A stretch of 64,000 nt of DNA from Candidatus Woesearchaeota archaeon (GTDB lineage: Archaea; Nanobdellota; Nanobdellia; Pacearchaeales; GW2011-AR1). Below are positions 1 to 10,465 of the stretch, piece by piece. Within the stretch, counting starts at the first letter, position 1. Each line of letters begins with the position of its first letter. Below the pieces are notes generated by a model. That model saw nothing but the letters and a program-made list of their open reading frames with translations. It was not told the origin of the DNA and did no database searches. Made by a program: the position numbers and the translations under genes. Where the stretch lies: the NCBI GenBank assembly GCA_964509675.1, contig CAZDXC010000002.1, positions 71,425 to 135,424 on the forward strand, read 5' to 3'.

Positions 1-2
1 AA

Positions 3-896
3 AAACAGAATTTTAAGGAAAGGTTTGCTAATTTCCATGACAAGAATTACAAATTATTACTTTTAATACCAATTATTTTAATTATTTCTGGTTTTATATA
101 TATGGGTTTTTTTTATTCACACAACCATGATTTTATTTACAAAGATATTTCTTTGACAGGAGGAACTTCTGTTACAATTAATGATGGAAGCATTAATCCA
201 ATCGATTTAAAAAATGCGATTTCAAATAAATTAGAAAACGTTCATGTTCGTGAAGTTTCAGATTTAGTGACTCAAAAGCGCATTGCAGTAATAGTAGAAA
301 CAAAAAGTAATGAACAACAAACAAAGAAAGTCCTTGAAGGCTACCTTGGCTATAAATTGATTGAAGGCCAAAACAGCAGTTTTGAGTTCACAGGCTCGAC
401 GTTAGGTGAAAGTTTTTACAGACAACTCTTAATTTCTTTATTAATTGCCTTTGTTTTAATGGCTGTTGTTGTCTTTATACAATTTAAAACCTTTGTTCCT
501 TCTACAGCAGTAATCTTTTCTGCTTTTGCTGATATTTTTATGACTTTGGTTTTAGTAAATATTTTGGGAATACAAATATCAAGTGCAGGAATTGTTGCAT
601 TTCTTATGCTTATCGGATATAGCGTTGATACAGATATTCTGCTTACAAATAAGGTATTGAAACGAGAAGGGAAATCCTTAAACAACAAAATTTTCGAATC
701 ATTCAAGACAGGAATAACTATGACATTAACTTCTCTTTTTGCTGTTCTTACAGCTCTTATTATTGTTGGCTCTTTTTCTTTGATATTACATCAAATTTTT
801 CTTATCCTTGCAATAGGCCTGAGCTTTGATATATTGAATACCTGGCTTACTAATGTTTCAATAATTAAATGGTATTCATTAAAAAAGAAAAAATGA
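3..896 (+). CDS. secF: Protein translocase subunit SecF (5' partial)
   Basis: GG..GGT motif, G.TLGESF, six C-terminal TMs, IGYSVDTDILL motif. The frame is open back to the window edge (KQNFKERFANFHDKNYKLLLLIP...), so the true start lies upstream of 102. Confidence 0.93.
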   Translation, partial: KQNFKERFANFHDKNYKLLLLIPIILIISGFIYMGFFYSHNHDFIYKDISLTGGTSVTINDGSINPIDLKNAISNKLENVHVREVSDLVTQKRIAVIVETKSNEQQTKKVLEGYLGYKLIEGQNSSFEFTGSTLGESFYRQLLISLLIAFVLMAVVVFIQFKTFVPSTAVIFSAFADIFMTLVLVNILGIQISSAGIVAFLMLIGYSVDTDILLTNKVLKREGKSLNNKIFESFKTGITMTLTSLFAVLTALIIVGSFSLILHQIFLILAIGLSFDILNTWLTNVSIIKWYSLKKKK

Positions 897-2419
897 AAAT
901 TAAACTCACTTTTAAGATTTGGCTTTGGATAATTATTTTTATCTTGGCTTTAGTTTCTATTTTTGTTACTCCTAATTTTCTTCAGAAAGGCGTTTTGGTA
1001 ACCAGTGTTGAGCAAAATTCTTCTGCTTTTGAAGAAGGATTAAGGCAAGGGCAAGTTATTACAGCGATAGATGGAAAAACAGTTAATAATGTCGAAGATT
1101 ATTCAAAAATTGTTCAAAGTAAGTTCATTTCTGATGAAAAAGTGAAAACCATCGTAGCAACAACAGAAGATGAATATATCATTTATTCTAACAATTCTTT
1201 AGAAATAACAGTATCTAATCTTCCAAAGACAAATTTAAAGACAGGACTGGATTTAAGCGGAGGTTCCAGAGCATTAGTGAAAGCAGAGAATCATAAACTT
1301 ACTTCTTCGGAAGTAAATGATTTAGTAAATGTAATAAGCAACAGGTTTAATGTTTACGGGATTTCTGATATGACAATCAGGCCAGTTAGAGATTTAAGCG
1401 GAAATTATTTTATGTTGGTTGAAATTGCAGGCGCAACTCCCCAAAATTTAGAAAATCTTGTTTCTCAGCAAGGAAAATTTGAAGGAAAAATAGGAAATGA
1501 TATCGTTTTTATTGGAGGGGAAAGAGATATTAGAAATGTAGCACAAGGAGGACAAGATTTAGGAATTACTAGTTGTAACTCTTTTTCAGGTGGATATATT
1601 TGCCAATTTAGATTTGGGGTTACTATAAGTTCTCAAGCTGCTGAACGGCAGGCAGCAATAACCAAAAATTTAACTATTATTACTGGTCCTAATGGAGAAA
1701 GTTATCTCTCTAAACCATTAGATTTATATTTAGATGGTAAATTTTACAGTAATCTTTCTATAAGTGCAAATTTGAAGGGAAATCCTGCATTACAAATTTC
1801 AATTAGTGGTTCTGGGGCAGGCCCAACAAAAGATGATGCAATAAATGCAGCAAATGATGAAATGAAAAGATTACAAACAATTCTCATGACAGGAAGTCTT
1901 CCGTATAAATTAGAAATCGTTAAATTACAAACCATTTCTCCTACTCTTGGAACCAATTTTACAAAATACATTTTTATTGCAGGAATTGTTGCCCTTCTTT
2001 TAGTTTCAATTATAATCTTTATAAGATATAGAGTAAAATCTTCAATTTTCCCTTTAATAATATGTATTTCTGAGATAATTATAATATTAGGAGTTGCTGC
2101 TTTTATGAAATGGGATTTAGATTTACCTGCAATAGCAGGAATTTTGGCTGCTATTGGAACAGGCGTAGATGATCAAATTGTTGTGTTAGATGAAGCAAAG
2201 CAAAAAGAATCTCTAAGCATAAAACAGAGAATTAAAAGGGCATTTGCAATAATTTTAGGAGCATATTTTACTGTGGTGGTTTCATTAATTCCTTTATGGT
2301 GGGCAGGAGCAGGATTATTAAAAGGGTTCGTTTTCACAACTCTTGTGGGAATTACAGCAGGGGTTTTAATTACTCGTCCTGCTTTCGCAGATATTGTAAA
2401 ACTGACAGAGAAACAGTAA
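893..2419 (+). CDS. secD: Protein translocase subunit SecD with PDZ-like extracytoplasmic insert
   Basis: KTGLDLSGG, ISPTLG, AIAGILAAIGTGVDDQIV, LKGF..TT..G. Start at 893 gives an ATGA overlap with the secF stop. Confidence 0.93.
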   Translation: MKIKLTFKIWLWIIIFILALVSIFVTPNFLQKGVLVTSVEQNSSAFEEGLRQGQVITAIDGKTVNNVEDYSKIVQSKFISDEKVKTIVATTEDEYIIYSNNSLEITVSNLPKTNLKTGLDLSGGSRALVKAENHKLTSSEVNDLVNVISNRFNVYGISDMTIRPVRDLSGNYFMLVEIAGATPQNLENLVSQQGKFEGKIGNDIVFIGGERDIRNVAQGGQDLGITSCNSFSGGYICQFRFGVTISSQAAERQAAITKNLTIITGPNGESYLSKPLDLYLDGKFYSNLSISANLKGNPALQISISGSGAGPTKDDAINAANDEMKRLQTILMTGSLPYKLEIVKLQTISPTLGTNFTKYIFIAGIVALLLVSIIIFIRYRVKSSIFPLIICISEIIIILGVAAFMKWDLDLPAIAGILAAIGTGVDDQIVVLDEAKQKESLSIKQRIKRAFAIILGAYFTVVVSLIPLWWAGAGLLKGFVFTTLVGITAGVLITRPAFADIVKLTEKQ

Positions 2420-2878
2420 ATGCGGCCACAAATTCATTTTCTTTTAGGAATTATCTTTGTGATTTTTTTATATTTCTTTTTCTTTCCAATTATTTCTGTA
2501 TTCGGTTTAACGATTATTTTTCTGTCCTCAGTTTTAATAGACATAGACCATTATATTTATTATGTCTTTAAGAAAAAAGACTTGAACCCTTTCAAAGCAT
2601 ATGAATGGTATAAAAAATACACTTGTAAATTCTGTTCCTTGCCTAATGAAAAACAAAAGAAACTTTTTTTGGGTTTTTATTTTTTACATGGAATAGAAAT
2701 TTTGTTGCTTTTTCTTTTTCTTGGTTATATTTCACAATTTTTTATTTTTATATTTATTGGATTTTTCTTTCATTGGTCTGTTGATTTAATCTCAGACATA
2801 ATTTGGAAAAGAAGATTAGATAAACTTTCCATAATTTATAATATCTTGAATTTTAGAAAATTAACTCCTTTAGAATAA
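2420..2878 (+). CDS. Membrane-bound metal-dependent hydrolase-like protein (YdjM/DUF457-like)
   Basis: N-terminal H, LIDIDH, FLHGIE and H..D motifs between hydrophobic segments. Confidence 0.6.
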   Translation: MRPQIHFLLGIIFVIFLYFFFFPIISVFGLTIIFLSSVLIDIDHYIYYVFKKKDLNPFKAYEWYKKYTCKFCSLPNEKQKKLFLGFYFLHGIEILLLFLFLGYISQFFIFIFIGFFFHWSVDLISDIIWKRRLDKLSIIYNILNFRKLTPLE

Positions 2879-2935
2879 TTTATTTGATATTTCTACTACA
2901 TAAATCTTTTTAAATTTCTATCTTTATGAAGTAAA

Positions 2936-3886
2936 ATGACTAGTAAAAAGAATGTTTTAATCACTGGTGGAGCTGGTTTTGGAGGAAGTGGTTTGGCCAA
3001 AGAACTTCTGAAAAAAGGACATGATGTAAGAATTATTGATATTGTTGCTCCAAATGAAGCATGGAGACTTAAGGGGGTAATAGATAATGTAGATTACAGA
3101 TGGAAATCTGCACAGGATATTAAAGATGATGATATGAAAGGAATAGATTCTGTTGTTCATATGGCTGCCCAGGCAGATGTTCCAATGGGATTTACAGCCC
3201 CTTTTTGGACTGGTTGGGAAGAAACTATGGGAACAATTCCTGTTTTAGAAGCATGCAGAGGAAAAAATTTGGATAGATTTGTTCTTGCTAGCACAGGAAA
3301 TGTTATTGGCAGGCCTTTGTATCTTCCAATAAATGAGAAACATCCTGTAGTTCCTCATAATCCTTATTCTGCTACAAAAGCAAGCCAGGAATTATTAGCC
3401 CATGCGTACAGAAGATGTTATGATATTCCAACTGCTGTGATGAGAAATGGAATAGTCTATGGGCCAGGAATGAGGAAACAAATTTTCATTTATATTTGGC
3501 TTAAGAATATTCTTAATAACAAGCCCATAACAATAGAGGGGGGAGAACAAACAAGAGACCCCTGTTATGCGAGTGATACAATGGATGCATGGGTTAAAGT
3601 TTTAGAAGCTCCTAGGGAAAAAGTTATCGGAGAGACTTTTCAGGTAAGTAGAGGCAAGGAATGGCATATGAAAGATATTGCTAAAATGTGTATGAAAGTT
3701 GCCGGAAAAGAAGTTCCGATAGTTTATACAGATTACAGACCAGGAGAAAGAGGGCAGAGAGAATGTTTTGATAATTCTTTTGCAGAAAAACAAGTTGGGT
3801 ATAAACCCAAGATAGATTTAGAAGAAGGACTTAAACCAACATGGAAATGGGTTCAGGAACAAGAGGCTTACAATCCATTATCTTAG
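2936..3886 (+). CDS. NAD-dependent nucleotide-sugar epimerase/dehydratase (extended SDR)
   Basis: ITGGAGFGG, HMAA, YSATK (YxxxK), VYGPG, QTRD. Confidence 0.92.
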   Translation: MTSKKNVLITGGAGFGGSGLAKELLKKGHDVRIIDIVAPNEAWRLKGVIDNVDYRWKSAQDIKDDDMKGIDSVVHMAAQADVPMGFTAPFWTGWEETMGTIPVLEACRGKNLDRFVLASTGNVIGRPLYLPINEKHPVVPHNPYSATKASQELLAHAYRRCYDIPTAVMRNGIVYGPGMRKQIFIYIWLKNILNNKPITIEGGEQTRDPCYASDTMDAWVKVLEAPREKVIGETFQVSRGKEWHMKDIAKMCMKVAGKEVPIVYTDYRPGERGQRECFDNSFAEKQVGYKPKIDLEEGLKPTWKWVQEQEAYNPLS

Positions 3887-4003
3887 ATTTCTTAGATACC
3901 TATCTATAAACCAATAGGACAAATAAAAAACGTTTATATATCAAAAAAAATATCTAAGTCGATGCAGGATGAGAACTTAAATATTATTTTTTCATAATTT
4001 CAA

Positions 4004-5545
4004 ATGTATAAAAATACAGAAAATCAGGAAATAAAGGGCTCTCTTAAGATAATTGCGAAAACCTCTTTTTTTATTTTTACAATAATTTTATTCTCAAAAA
4101 TTACATCATATTTTTATAGAATAGTTATTGCTAGAGAATTTGGACCTATGATATATGGTACCTTTTCACTAGCTTTAATAGTTTTTTTGCTTTTTATATC
4201 TCTTTCTTCTTTTGGTTTTTTTGAAGGACTTTTGAGATTTATACCATTATATAGAGGAATTAAAAAAATAAATAACATTAGATATATTTTTAGATTTTCT
4301 GTTTTAATATTAACTGTATCAAGTCTTTTCTTTGGGGGAATCCTCTTTTTTTCTTCAGAATTTATTTCAACCAATATTTTTCATGATTCAAATCTGATAA
4401 TTTTTCTTAGAATATTATCCATAGCAATGCCTTTTTATATTATTAGTTTCGTTTTTCTCTCTTTAATCAGAGGTTTTGAAAAAATAAAAATACATTCTTT
4501 TATATCTGAATTTTTCCAGAATTTAGTTAAATTAGTTTCTCTTTTTTTGCTTATCTTTTTTGGATTTAAGATTAATTCGGTGCCACTTTCTTATTTGATT
4601 GGTATTTTATTAGTTTTTGGAGCATCATATTTTTATTGTAGATACAAATTACCCGGAATTTTTAAAAAATATCTTTTAAAAAAGATCATAAAGAAAAAGA
4701 TAAAAAGAAAATTTCTTTTATATTCTACTCCTTTAATTTTTTTGACTATTCTCTATGATATTTTCGGGTATACGGATTCCTTTGTTATTGGATTATTTAA
4801 GGGTTCTTTTAGTGTAGGTTTATATAATGCTGCTCTTCCAATTGCCTATTTAATGTCATTTGTTCCTTCTTTGTTTTTACAGATTTTTTTTCCAATGATT
4901 ACTAGAGAATTTTCTAAAAATAAAATTGATGTTATAAGAGAATTGAGCAAACAAGTCCAGAAATGGATATTAATTATTAATCTTCCTCTATTCGCACTTA
5001 TGTTTTTATTTTCAGGAGCTTTTATTAATTTGCTTTTTGGTTCTCAATATGTAGGAGCAGAACAGGTTCTTAGAATCTTATCTATTGGTTTTTTATTTTA
5101 TTCTATGGTGCAGATTTTAGAGAATTTGATTTTAGTTAAAGGAAAATCAAAAATATTTTTGATGAACATGATATTTTTAGCCCTTTTCAATTTAATATTA
5201 AATATTTTGCTTATCCCTCTCTATGGAATTGAGGGAGCAGCATTTTCTACAACCATAAGTTATGTACTTCTTGGAATAATTCTTCTTTTTCAAGTTAAAT
5301 ATTATTTAAACATAATCCCCCTAAGAAGAAAAATGTTCCAAATATTAATTTCAGTAGCAATTCCTTCTATAATTTTATTTTATATCCGACAATTCTTCCA
5401 AATTAATCTTGTTTCAATAATTCTCCTTGTTTTCTTTTTTATTTTACTATATACTCTGCTAATATTAATAACAAAAAGTTTAGATAAGAATGATTTTGAG
5501 ATATTAAAAATATTTAAAAGAAAGTTAACAGGAAGTCCAAAATGA
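4004..5545 (+). CDS. Wzx/RfbX-type polysaccharide flippase (MOP superfamily)
   Basis: About 14 TMs, G...YG.FSLA, VGLYNAA.PIA, LIPLYGIEGAAFST. Confidence 0.92.
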   Translation: MYKNTENQEIKGSLKIIAKTSFFIFTIILFSKITSYFYRIVIAREFGPMIYGTFSLALIVFLLFISLSSFGFFEGLLRFIPLYRGIKKINNIRYIFRFSVLILTVSSLFFGGILFFSSEFISTNIFHDSNLIIFLRILSIAMPFYIISFVFLSLIRGFEKIKIHSFISEFFQNLVKLVSLFLLIFFGFKINSVPLSYLIGILLVFGASYFYCRYKLPGIFKKYLLKKIIKKKIKRKFLLYSTPLIFLTILYDIFGYTDSFVIGLFKGSFSVGLYNAALPIAYLMSFVPSLFLQIFFPMITREFSKNKIDVIRELSKQVQKWILIINLPLFALMFLFSGAFINLLFGSQYVGAEQVLRILSIGFLFYSMVQILENLILVKGKSKIFLMNMIFLALFNLILNILLIPLYGIEGAAFSTTISYVLLGIILLFQVKYYLNIIPLRRKMFQILISVAIPSIILFYIRQFFQINLVSIILLVFFFILLYTLLILITKSLDKNDFEILKIFKRKLTGSPK

Positions 5546-6720
5546 AGAATAAAAAAAGAATAATTTTTTATTATGCCTCTACACCTTCAATTATGATCCA
5601 TAGAATTGCAAAAAGATTTCATAAAAAAGGTTATGAAACTATTCTTTTTGCGATGTGCGAAAAAGACAGGTTTGATTATCAATTTTATTCAGAAGCTTTT
5701 GACAAAATAGAATGTTCAAATTTTCAATTTTTTAAACTTAGTTTAAAGACTCCTTTTTATTTCTTAAAGAGAGGATTTTCTTTAATGAAATTTTTAATCT
5801 CAATGAAATTTGTTAAGCCTTATATTGTAATGGGTATTTCTGGAAATAATTGGCAATTAAAATTAATCCATAAATATTTTCTTAAGAAATACCCTTTTAT
5901 TTATTTTCCTTATGACATTCTTTCTATTATTCTAAATGAAAATAAACCCCCCCAATTTGAAATAAATGCAGAAAAATATTGTTTTGAAAATTCTGATGGA
6001 ATAATACATAAAGGAGATCCTGATGAATTAAAATTTTTTAATAATAAAATGAATCTATCTAAGTTTCAACTAAGTTTTTTACCTTATTGTTCAAATGAGT
6101 CAATAATTCCAATAAATAAAAATAAATTTTCTTCTCAAAATAAGGAAATTCATTTAGTTTATATTGGTTTTTTTTATAATGATCCCCACTCTCTAAAAAA
6201 ATTTATTAAATGTTTTAAGATAATATTACAACAAAAAATTCATATTCATATTTATACTAGAGTTAGTCATATCCCAGAAAAAGAGGAAGAAAAATATATA
6301 CATGATTTTTTCAAACCTCTTTTGGATAATAAATATTTCCATTTACATAAATTAGTTGGGAAAAAAGAAACAATTCAAGAAATTTCCAGATATGATTTTG
6401 GTTTTTGGCCGATTCATGCAGTTACAAAAGAATCAAAAATTGCAACAGGGAATAAACTTGCAGGATTTTTAGAAGCAGGATTACCATTTATTTATGACCA
6501 AGATTTGGAATTTGTAGATAAGCTTATGAAAAAATGGGGGATGGATAACCTTTCTTATAATGAAAAAAATCTTAAGACTTTGAAAAAGAGATTAATGAAT
6601 CTAAATTATAAAAATTTATTAAAAAAATTAGAAAAGGCAAGAAAAAATTTTGATCTTGATAAGAATTTTTCAAGATTAGAGAAATTTATAGCAAGGATTG
6701 TAGAAAGAAAAAACTTTTAA
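5542..6720 (+). CDS. Divergent GT-B fold glycosyltransferase-like protein
   Basis: LVYIG, YDFG, NKLAGFLEAGLPFI motif typical of GT-B C-terminal domains. ATGA overlap with the flippase. Confidence 0.65.
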   Translation: MKNKKRIIFYYASTPSIMIHRIAKRFHKKGYETILFAMCEKDRFDYQFYSEAFDKIECSNFQFFKLSLKTPFYFLKRGFSLMKFLISMKFVKPYIVMGISGNNWQLKLIHKYFLKKYPFIYFPYDILSIILNENKPPQFEINAEKYCFENSDGIIHKGDPDELKFFNNKMNLSKFQLSFLPYCSNESIIPINKNKFSSQNKEIHLVYIGFFYNDPHSLKKFIKCFKIILQQKIHIHIYTRVSHIPEKEEEKYIHDFFKPLLDNKYFHLHKLVGKKETIQEISRYDFGFWPIHAVTKESKIATGNKLAGFLEAGLPFIYDQDLEFVDKLMKKWGMDNLSYNEKNLKTLKKRLMNLNYKNLLKKLEKARKNFDLDKNFSRLEKFIARIVERKNF

Positions 6721-6743
6721 AAAGAAATAAATAATCATTGAAG

Positions 6744-7400
6744 ATGAAATCCCTTACAAAAAATAAAAGATTTAGAGAGAAATATGGTTTTGAGAAACCC
6801 AAAGATTTAAAATCAAGAATAAAAATATGGATAGAGAGAGTTTTTTTCTTAGAATTCTTACATTTACATATTAAAAAACAACACCCCAAACCCCATGTAA
6901 GATTCTTAAAAACTTTTTTTGGAAATAGAGACTTGATTGGATGTGAAATAGGCATATATAAAGGAGAAAATTCAGAACAACTTTTAAAAAATTTGAATAT
7001 CCAAAAATTGTATTTAATTGACCCTTATATTGAGTATAAAGATTATGATATTGAAAATGAGTTTACAATACAGATACCCTTTAAAAAAATTGAACCTGTT
7101 GCACATAAAAAATTATCAAGATATAAAGATAAAATAATTTTTATTAAAGAAAAATCTTCTGATGCCCTTTCAAAAATTCCTTCTAACTTAGATTTTGTTT
7201 ATATAGATGGAAATCATGCCTATAAATTTGTAAAAGAAGATATTGAAAATTATTACAAGAAAATAAGGAAAGGAGGAATCCTTTCAGGGCATGATATTGA
7301 CCACCCAGAAATAGCAAGAGCAGTTATAGAATTTATTCAAAAAGAAAAGATAAACAATTTTCAGGTTGATTTTCAAGATTGGTGGATCAAAAAAAAATAA
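6744..7400 (+). CDS. Class I SAM-dependent methyltransferase (Methyltransf_24-like, O-methyltransferase)
   Basis: EIGIYKG, LIDPY, DFVYIDGNHAY..VKED, GGILSGHD. Confidence 0.88.
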   Translation: MKSLTKNKRFREKYGFEKPKDLKSRIKIWIERVFFLEFLHLHIKKQHPKPHVRFLKTFFGNRDLIGCEIGIYKGENSEQLLKNLNIQKLYLIDPYIEYKDYDIENEFTIQIPFKKIEPVAHKKLSRYKDKIIFIKEKSSDALSKIPSNLDFVYIDGNHAYKFVKEDIENYYKKIRKGGILSGHDIDHPEIARAVIEFIQKEKINNFQVDFQDWWIKKK

Positions 7401-7469
7401 AAAATATATTATTTATAATACAATATTTTTTAAAGTCTTTTCTTTTTAAAGACATCAAAAAGAAATCCC

Positions 7470-8645
7470 ATGAAAAAGATATCTGAATTAGCAAAAAGAC
7501 TAGAAGGGCAAAAAATGTTTCAGATACTTTCAAAAGCTAAAGAACTAGAAAGAAGTGGAAAAGATATAATCCATTTTGAGATAGGGGACCCAGATTTTGA
7601 AACCCCTGAAAATGTTATTGAGGGAGCTAGAGAATCACTTAGAAAAGGAGAGACACATTATACATCTTCATGGGGATTACTTGAATTAAGGGTAGCTGCT
7701 GCAGATGTCACATTAAGGTCAAGAGGATTTAAACCAGAACTAAATCAGTTACTAGTCACCCCTGGGGCGAATTATCAGATAAGGCTCACATTGGGGTGTG
7801 CTGTAAATCCAGGAGAAGAAGTAATTCTATCAGACCCCTCTTTTGTAAGTTATCCTTCCCTAATAAATGCTATTGGATTAAAACCAATAAAAATTCCTCT
7901 TTATGAAGAAAATGGATTTAGACTAAATCCAAAAGATATAGAGAAAGCAATAACAGATAAAACAAGAATGATTATTATAAATTCTCCACATAATCCTACG
8001 GGAGCAGTTATGAAGGAAGAGGAAATTAAAAAAACATACGAAATAGCAAAGAAATATGATATTTATTTGCTTAGTGATGAGGTGTACGCAAGGTTGCTAT
8101 ATAAAGATGATAAGACTTACTTTTCTTCTCCAAGCAAATATGATCAATGTAAAGAAAGAACAATAATTGTAAATGGTTTTAGTAAATCTTATGCAATGAC
8201 TGGGTGGAGACTCGGGGTTGTTACAGGGCCCCCTGATTTAATTGAAAAGATGAATTTATTACTTGAATCAGAAATTTCTTGTGTTTCATCATTTATTCAA
8301 AGAGCAGGGATTGAAGCACTACATGGAAGTCCTGAGAAAACTTTCGAAATGAGAGAAGAATATAGAAAAAGGAGAGACGCAATTGTAAAAGGATTAAATA
8401 GCTTACCCAATATAAGATGTATGGAACCTAAGGGAGCCTTTTATGCTTTTCCCAACATAAAAAAAACTGGATTCTCAAGCGAAGATTTTGCAAAATTTAT
8501 GCTAGAAGAAGCGAGTGTTGCTTTATGTCCCGGAAATTTTTTTGGAGAAATGGGAGAAGGATATATTCGATTATGTTATGCAAACTCATTAGATAACATT
8601 AATAGAGGAATTGATAGAATGAGGGGGGTCCTCAAAAATATATAG
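7470..8645 (+). CDS. PLP-dependent aminotransferase class I/II (aspartate aminotransferase-like)
   Basis: IGDPDF, NSPHNPTG, SDEVY, NGFSKSYAMTGWRLG, GAFYAFP. Confidence 0.95.
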   Translation: MKKISELAKRLEGQKMFQILSKAKELERSGKDIIHFEIGDPDFETPENVIEGARESLRKGETHYTSSWGLLELRVAAADVTLRSRGFKPELNQLLVTPGANYQIRLTLGCAVNPGEEVILSDPSFVSYPSLINAIGLKPIKIPLYEENGFRLNPKDIEKAITDKTRMIIINSPHNPTGAVMKEEEIKKTYEIAKKYDIYLLSDEVYARLLYKDDKTYFSSPSKYDQCKERTIIVNGFSKSYAMTGWRLGVVTGPPDLIEKMNLLLESEISCVSSFIQRAGIEALHGSPEKTFEMREEYRKRRDAIVKGLNSLPNIRCMEPKGAFYAFPNIKKTGFSSEDFAKFMLEEASVALCPGNFFGEMGEGYIRLCYANSLDNINRGIDRMRGVLKNI

Positions 8646-8690
8646 TGCTTAATAATTAAATTTAAAAACTTTTTTATAATCACATTTTAG

Positions 8691-10457
8691 ATGGAAATAT
8701 CTGATTATGTTGCCAATTTTATAGCAAATCAAAAGGTAAAACATATTTTTTTAATCACTGGTGGAGCTGTTTTTAATCTAGTTGATGCAATTGCAAGAAA
8801 TAATTCTTTAGAATATATCTGTACAGAACATGAACAAGCAGCAGCCATGGCTGCAGATGCATATTCAAGAGTAACTAAAAATTTGGGAGTGGCAGTATCA
8901 ACTAGTGGGCCAGGGGCGACCAATTTGATAACCGGTGTCTGTTGTTCTTGGTATGATTCAATTCCAACAATGTTTTTCTCGGGGCAAGTGTCTACTCCTA
9001 AATTGAAAGGGAAAAGTAAAATTAGACAATTTGGATTTCAAGAGACTGATGTTTCTTCTTTATTTAAGCCAATAACAAAGTATTCAAAAACTATAAAAGA
9101 TCCTCAGAAAATAAGATATGAATTAGAAAAAGCAAATTATCTCGCAAGAAATGGAAGACCCGGACCTATACTTCTTGATTTACCAAATGATATTCAAAGA
9201 GCAGAAATAAACCCAAAAGAGTTAATTGGATACCGCCCCCATAAAATTGAGAAGGATTTAAATAAATTAGAAGGATTAGTGGAAAAAACAACATATCTTT
9301 TAGAAAATTCAGAAAGGCCAATAATCATATTTGGAGGAGGAATAAGATTAGCAAATGTAGAATCTGAAGCGAGAGAATTGATAGAGAAATTAAATTTTCC
9401 AGCATTAATGACTTGGGCAACTAAAGATCTTTTTCCATATACTCATCCTCTTGTGATAGAAGGATTTGGTGTTTCTTCTGAAAGAACAGGAAATTTTGCA
9501 ATACAAAATTCAGATTTGGCATTGGCTTTAGGAACAAGATTAGATACTCATGAAACAAGTGACCTCACGACCTTTGCTCGTAATGCAAAGAAAATAATAG
9601 TAGATGTAGATAAATATGAATTAGAAAAATATGAAAAAAGGGGAATGAAGCCAGATTTATTGATAAACTGTGATCTTAGAGATTTTTTAAGAATTTTAAG
9701 TAAGAAGAATATAAAAATAAATAATATTTCTAAATGGATAAATAAGATTAATGAATGGAAGAAAAATTATCCTATTTGCCTTCCAGAATATTACAATCAA
9801 AAAGGAAATGTAAATCCTTATGTATTTATGGATGAACTATCAAAACAATCAAAAGAGGGAGATATTATAATTCCTGATGCTGGTGGGAACCTTACTTGGA
9901 CAATGCAAGGGTTCAGGGCAAAAAGGAACCAAAGACTTTTTTCTGCTTTTAATCATTCGCCAATGGGATATTCTCTTCCTGCAAGTATAGGTGCATGTTT
10001 TGCATCTGGGAAAAAATCAGTAACTTGTATTATTGGAGATGGAGGAATACAAATGAATATACATGAATTAGCGACTGCAAAACATCATAATCTCCCAATT
10101 AAAATCTTCCTATTCAATAATCAGGGTTATGGCATAATCCGTCAGACTCTTGAAAATTATATGAACTCAAGATATGAGGCAGTTGATGAAAAATCTGCAG
10201 TTCCAATGCCGAATTTAATAAGAATCGCAAATGCATATGGAATTCGTACTTTAAGCATAAAAGACAATAGGGAAATACAAAGGGGGGTAAAAGAAACTTT
10301 GAATTACAAAGGGGGGCCAATATTATGTGATGTAAACATTCATCCTTATCAAAAAATAGAGCCTAAATTAATCTCCAGCAGACCCTTGGAAGAATGTTCT
10401 CCAGAGCTTCCAAGAGAGGTTTTCTTAAAAGAGATGATTATTAAACCCCTTGGTTAA
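8691..10457 (+). CDS. ThDP-dependent acetolactate-synthase-like enzyme (YerE-like branched-sugar carboligase candidate)
   Basis: EHEQAAAMAADAY, TSGPGATN, FQETD, MGYSLP, GDGG...N NQGYG ThDP motif. Located in a glycan locus with no ilvN/C/D nearby. Confidence 0.88.
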   Translation: MEISDYVANFIANQKVKHIFLITGGAVFNLVDAIARNNSLEYICTEHEQAAAMAADAYSRVTKNLGVAVSTSGPGATNLITGVCCSWYDSIPTMFFSGQVSTPKLKGKSKIRQFGFQETDVSSLFKPITKYSKTIKDPQKIRYELEKANYLARNGRPGPILLDLPNDIQRAEINPKELIGYRPHKIEKDLNKLEGLVEKTTYLLENSERPIIIFGGGIRLANVESEARELIEKLNFPALMTWATKDLFPYTHPLVIEGFGVSSERTGNFAIQNSDLALALGTRLDTHETSDLTTFARNAKKIIVDVDKYELEKYEKRGMKPDLLINCDLRDFLRILSKKNIKINNISKWINKINEWKKNYPICLPEYYNQKGNVNPYVFMDELSKQSKEGDIIIPDAGGNLTWTMQGFRAKRNQRLFSAFNHSPMGYSLPASIGACFASGKKSVTCIIGDGGIQMNIHELATAKHHNLPIKIFLFNNQGYGIIRQTLENYMNSRYEAVDEKSAVPMPNLIRIANAYGIRTLSIKDNREIQRGVKETLNYKGGPILCDVNIHPYQKIEPKLISSRPLEECSPELPREVFLKEMIIKPLG

Positions 10458-10465
10458 TTTAAGAA

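Noticed and set aside
7470..10457. Phosphonate pathway (ThDP decarboxylase + aminotransferase)
   Set aside because: No PEP mutase in the window. The ThDP protein is full-length three-domain ALS-like rather than phosphonopyruvate decarboxylase, and the aminotransferase is class I, not AEP transaminase class V.
8691..10457. ilvB for branched-chain amino-acid synthesis
   Set aside because: No ilvN/ilvC/ilvD nearby and the context is a glycan locus, so no gene symbol was assigned.
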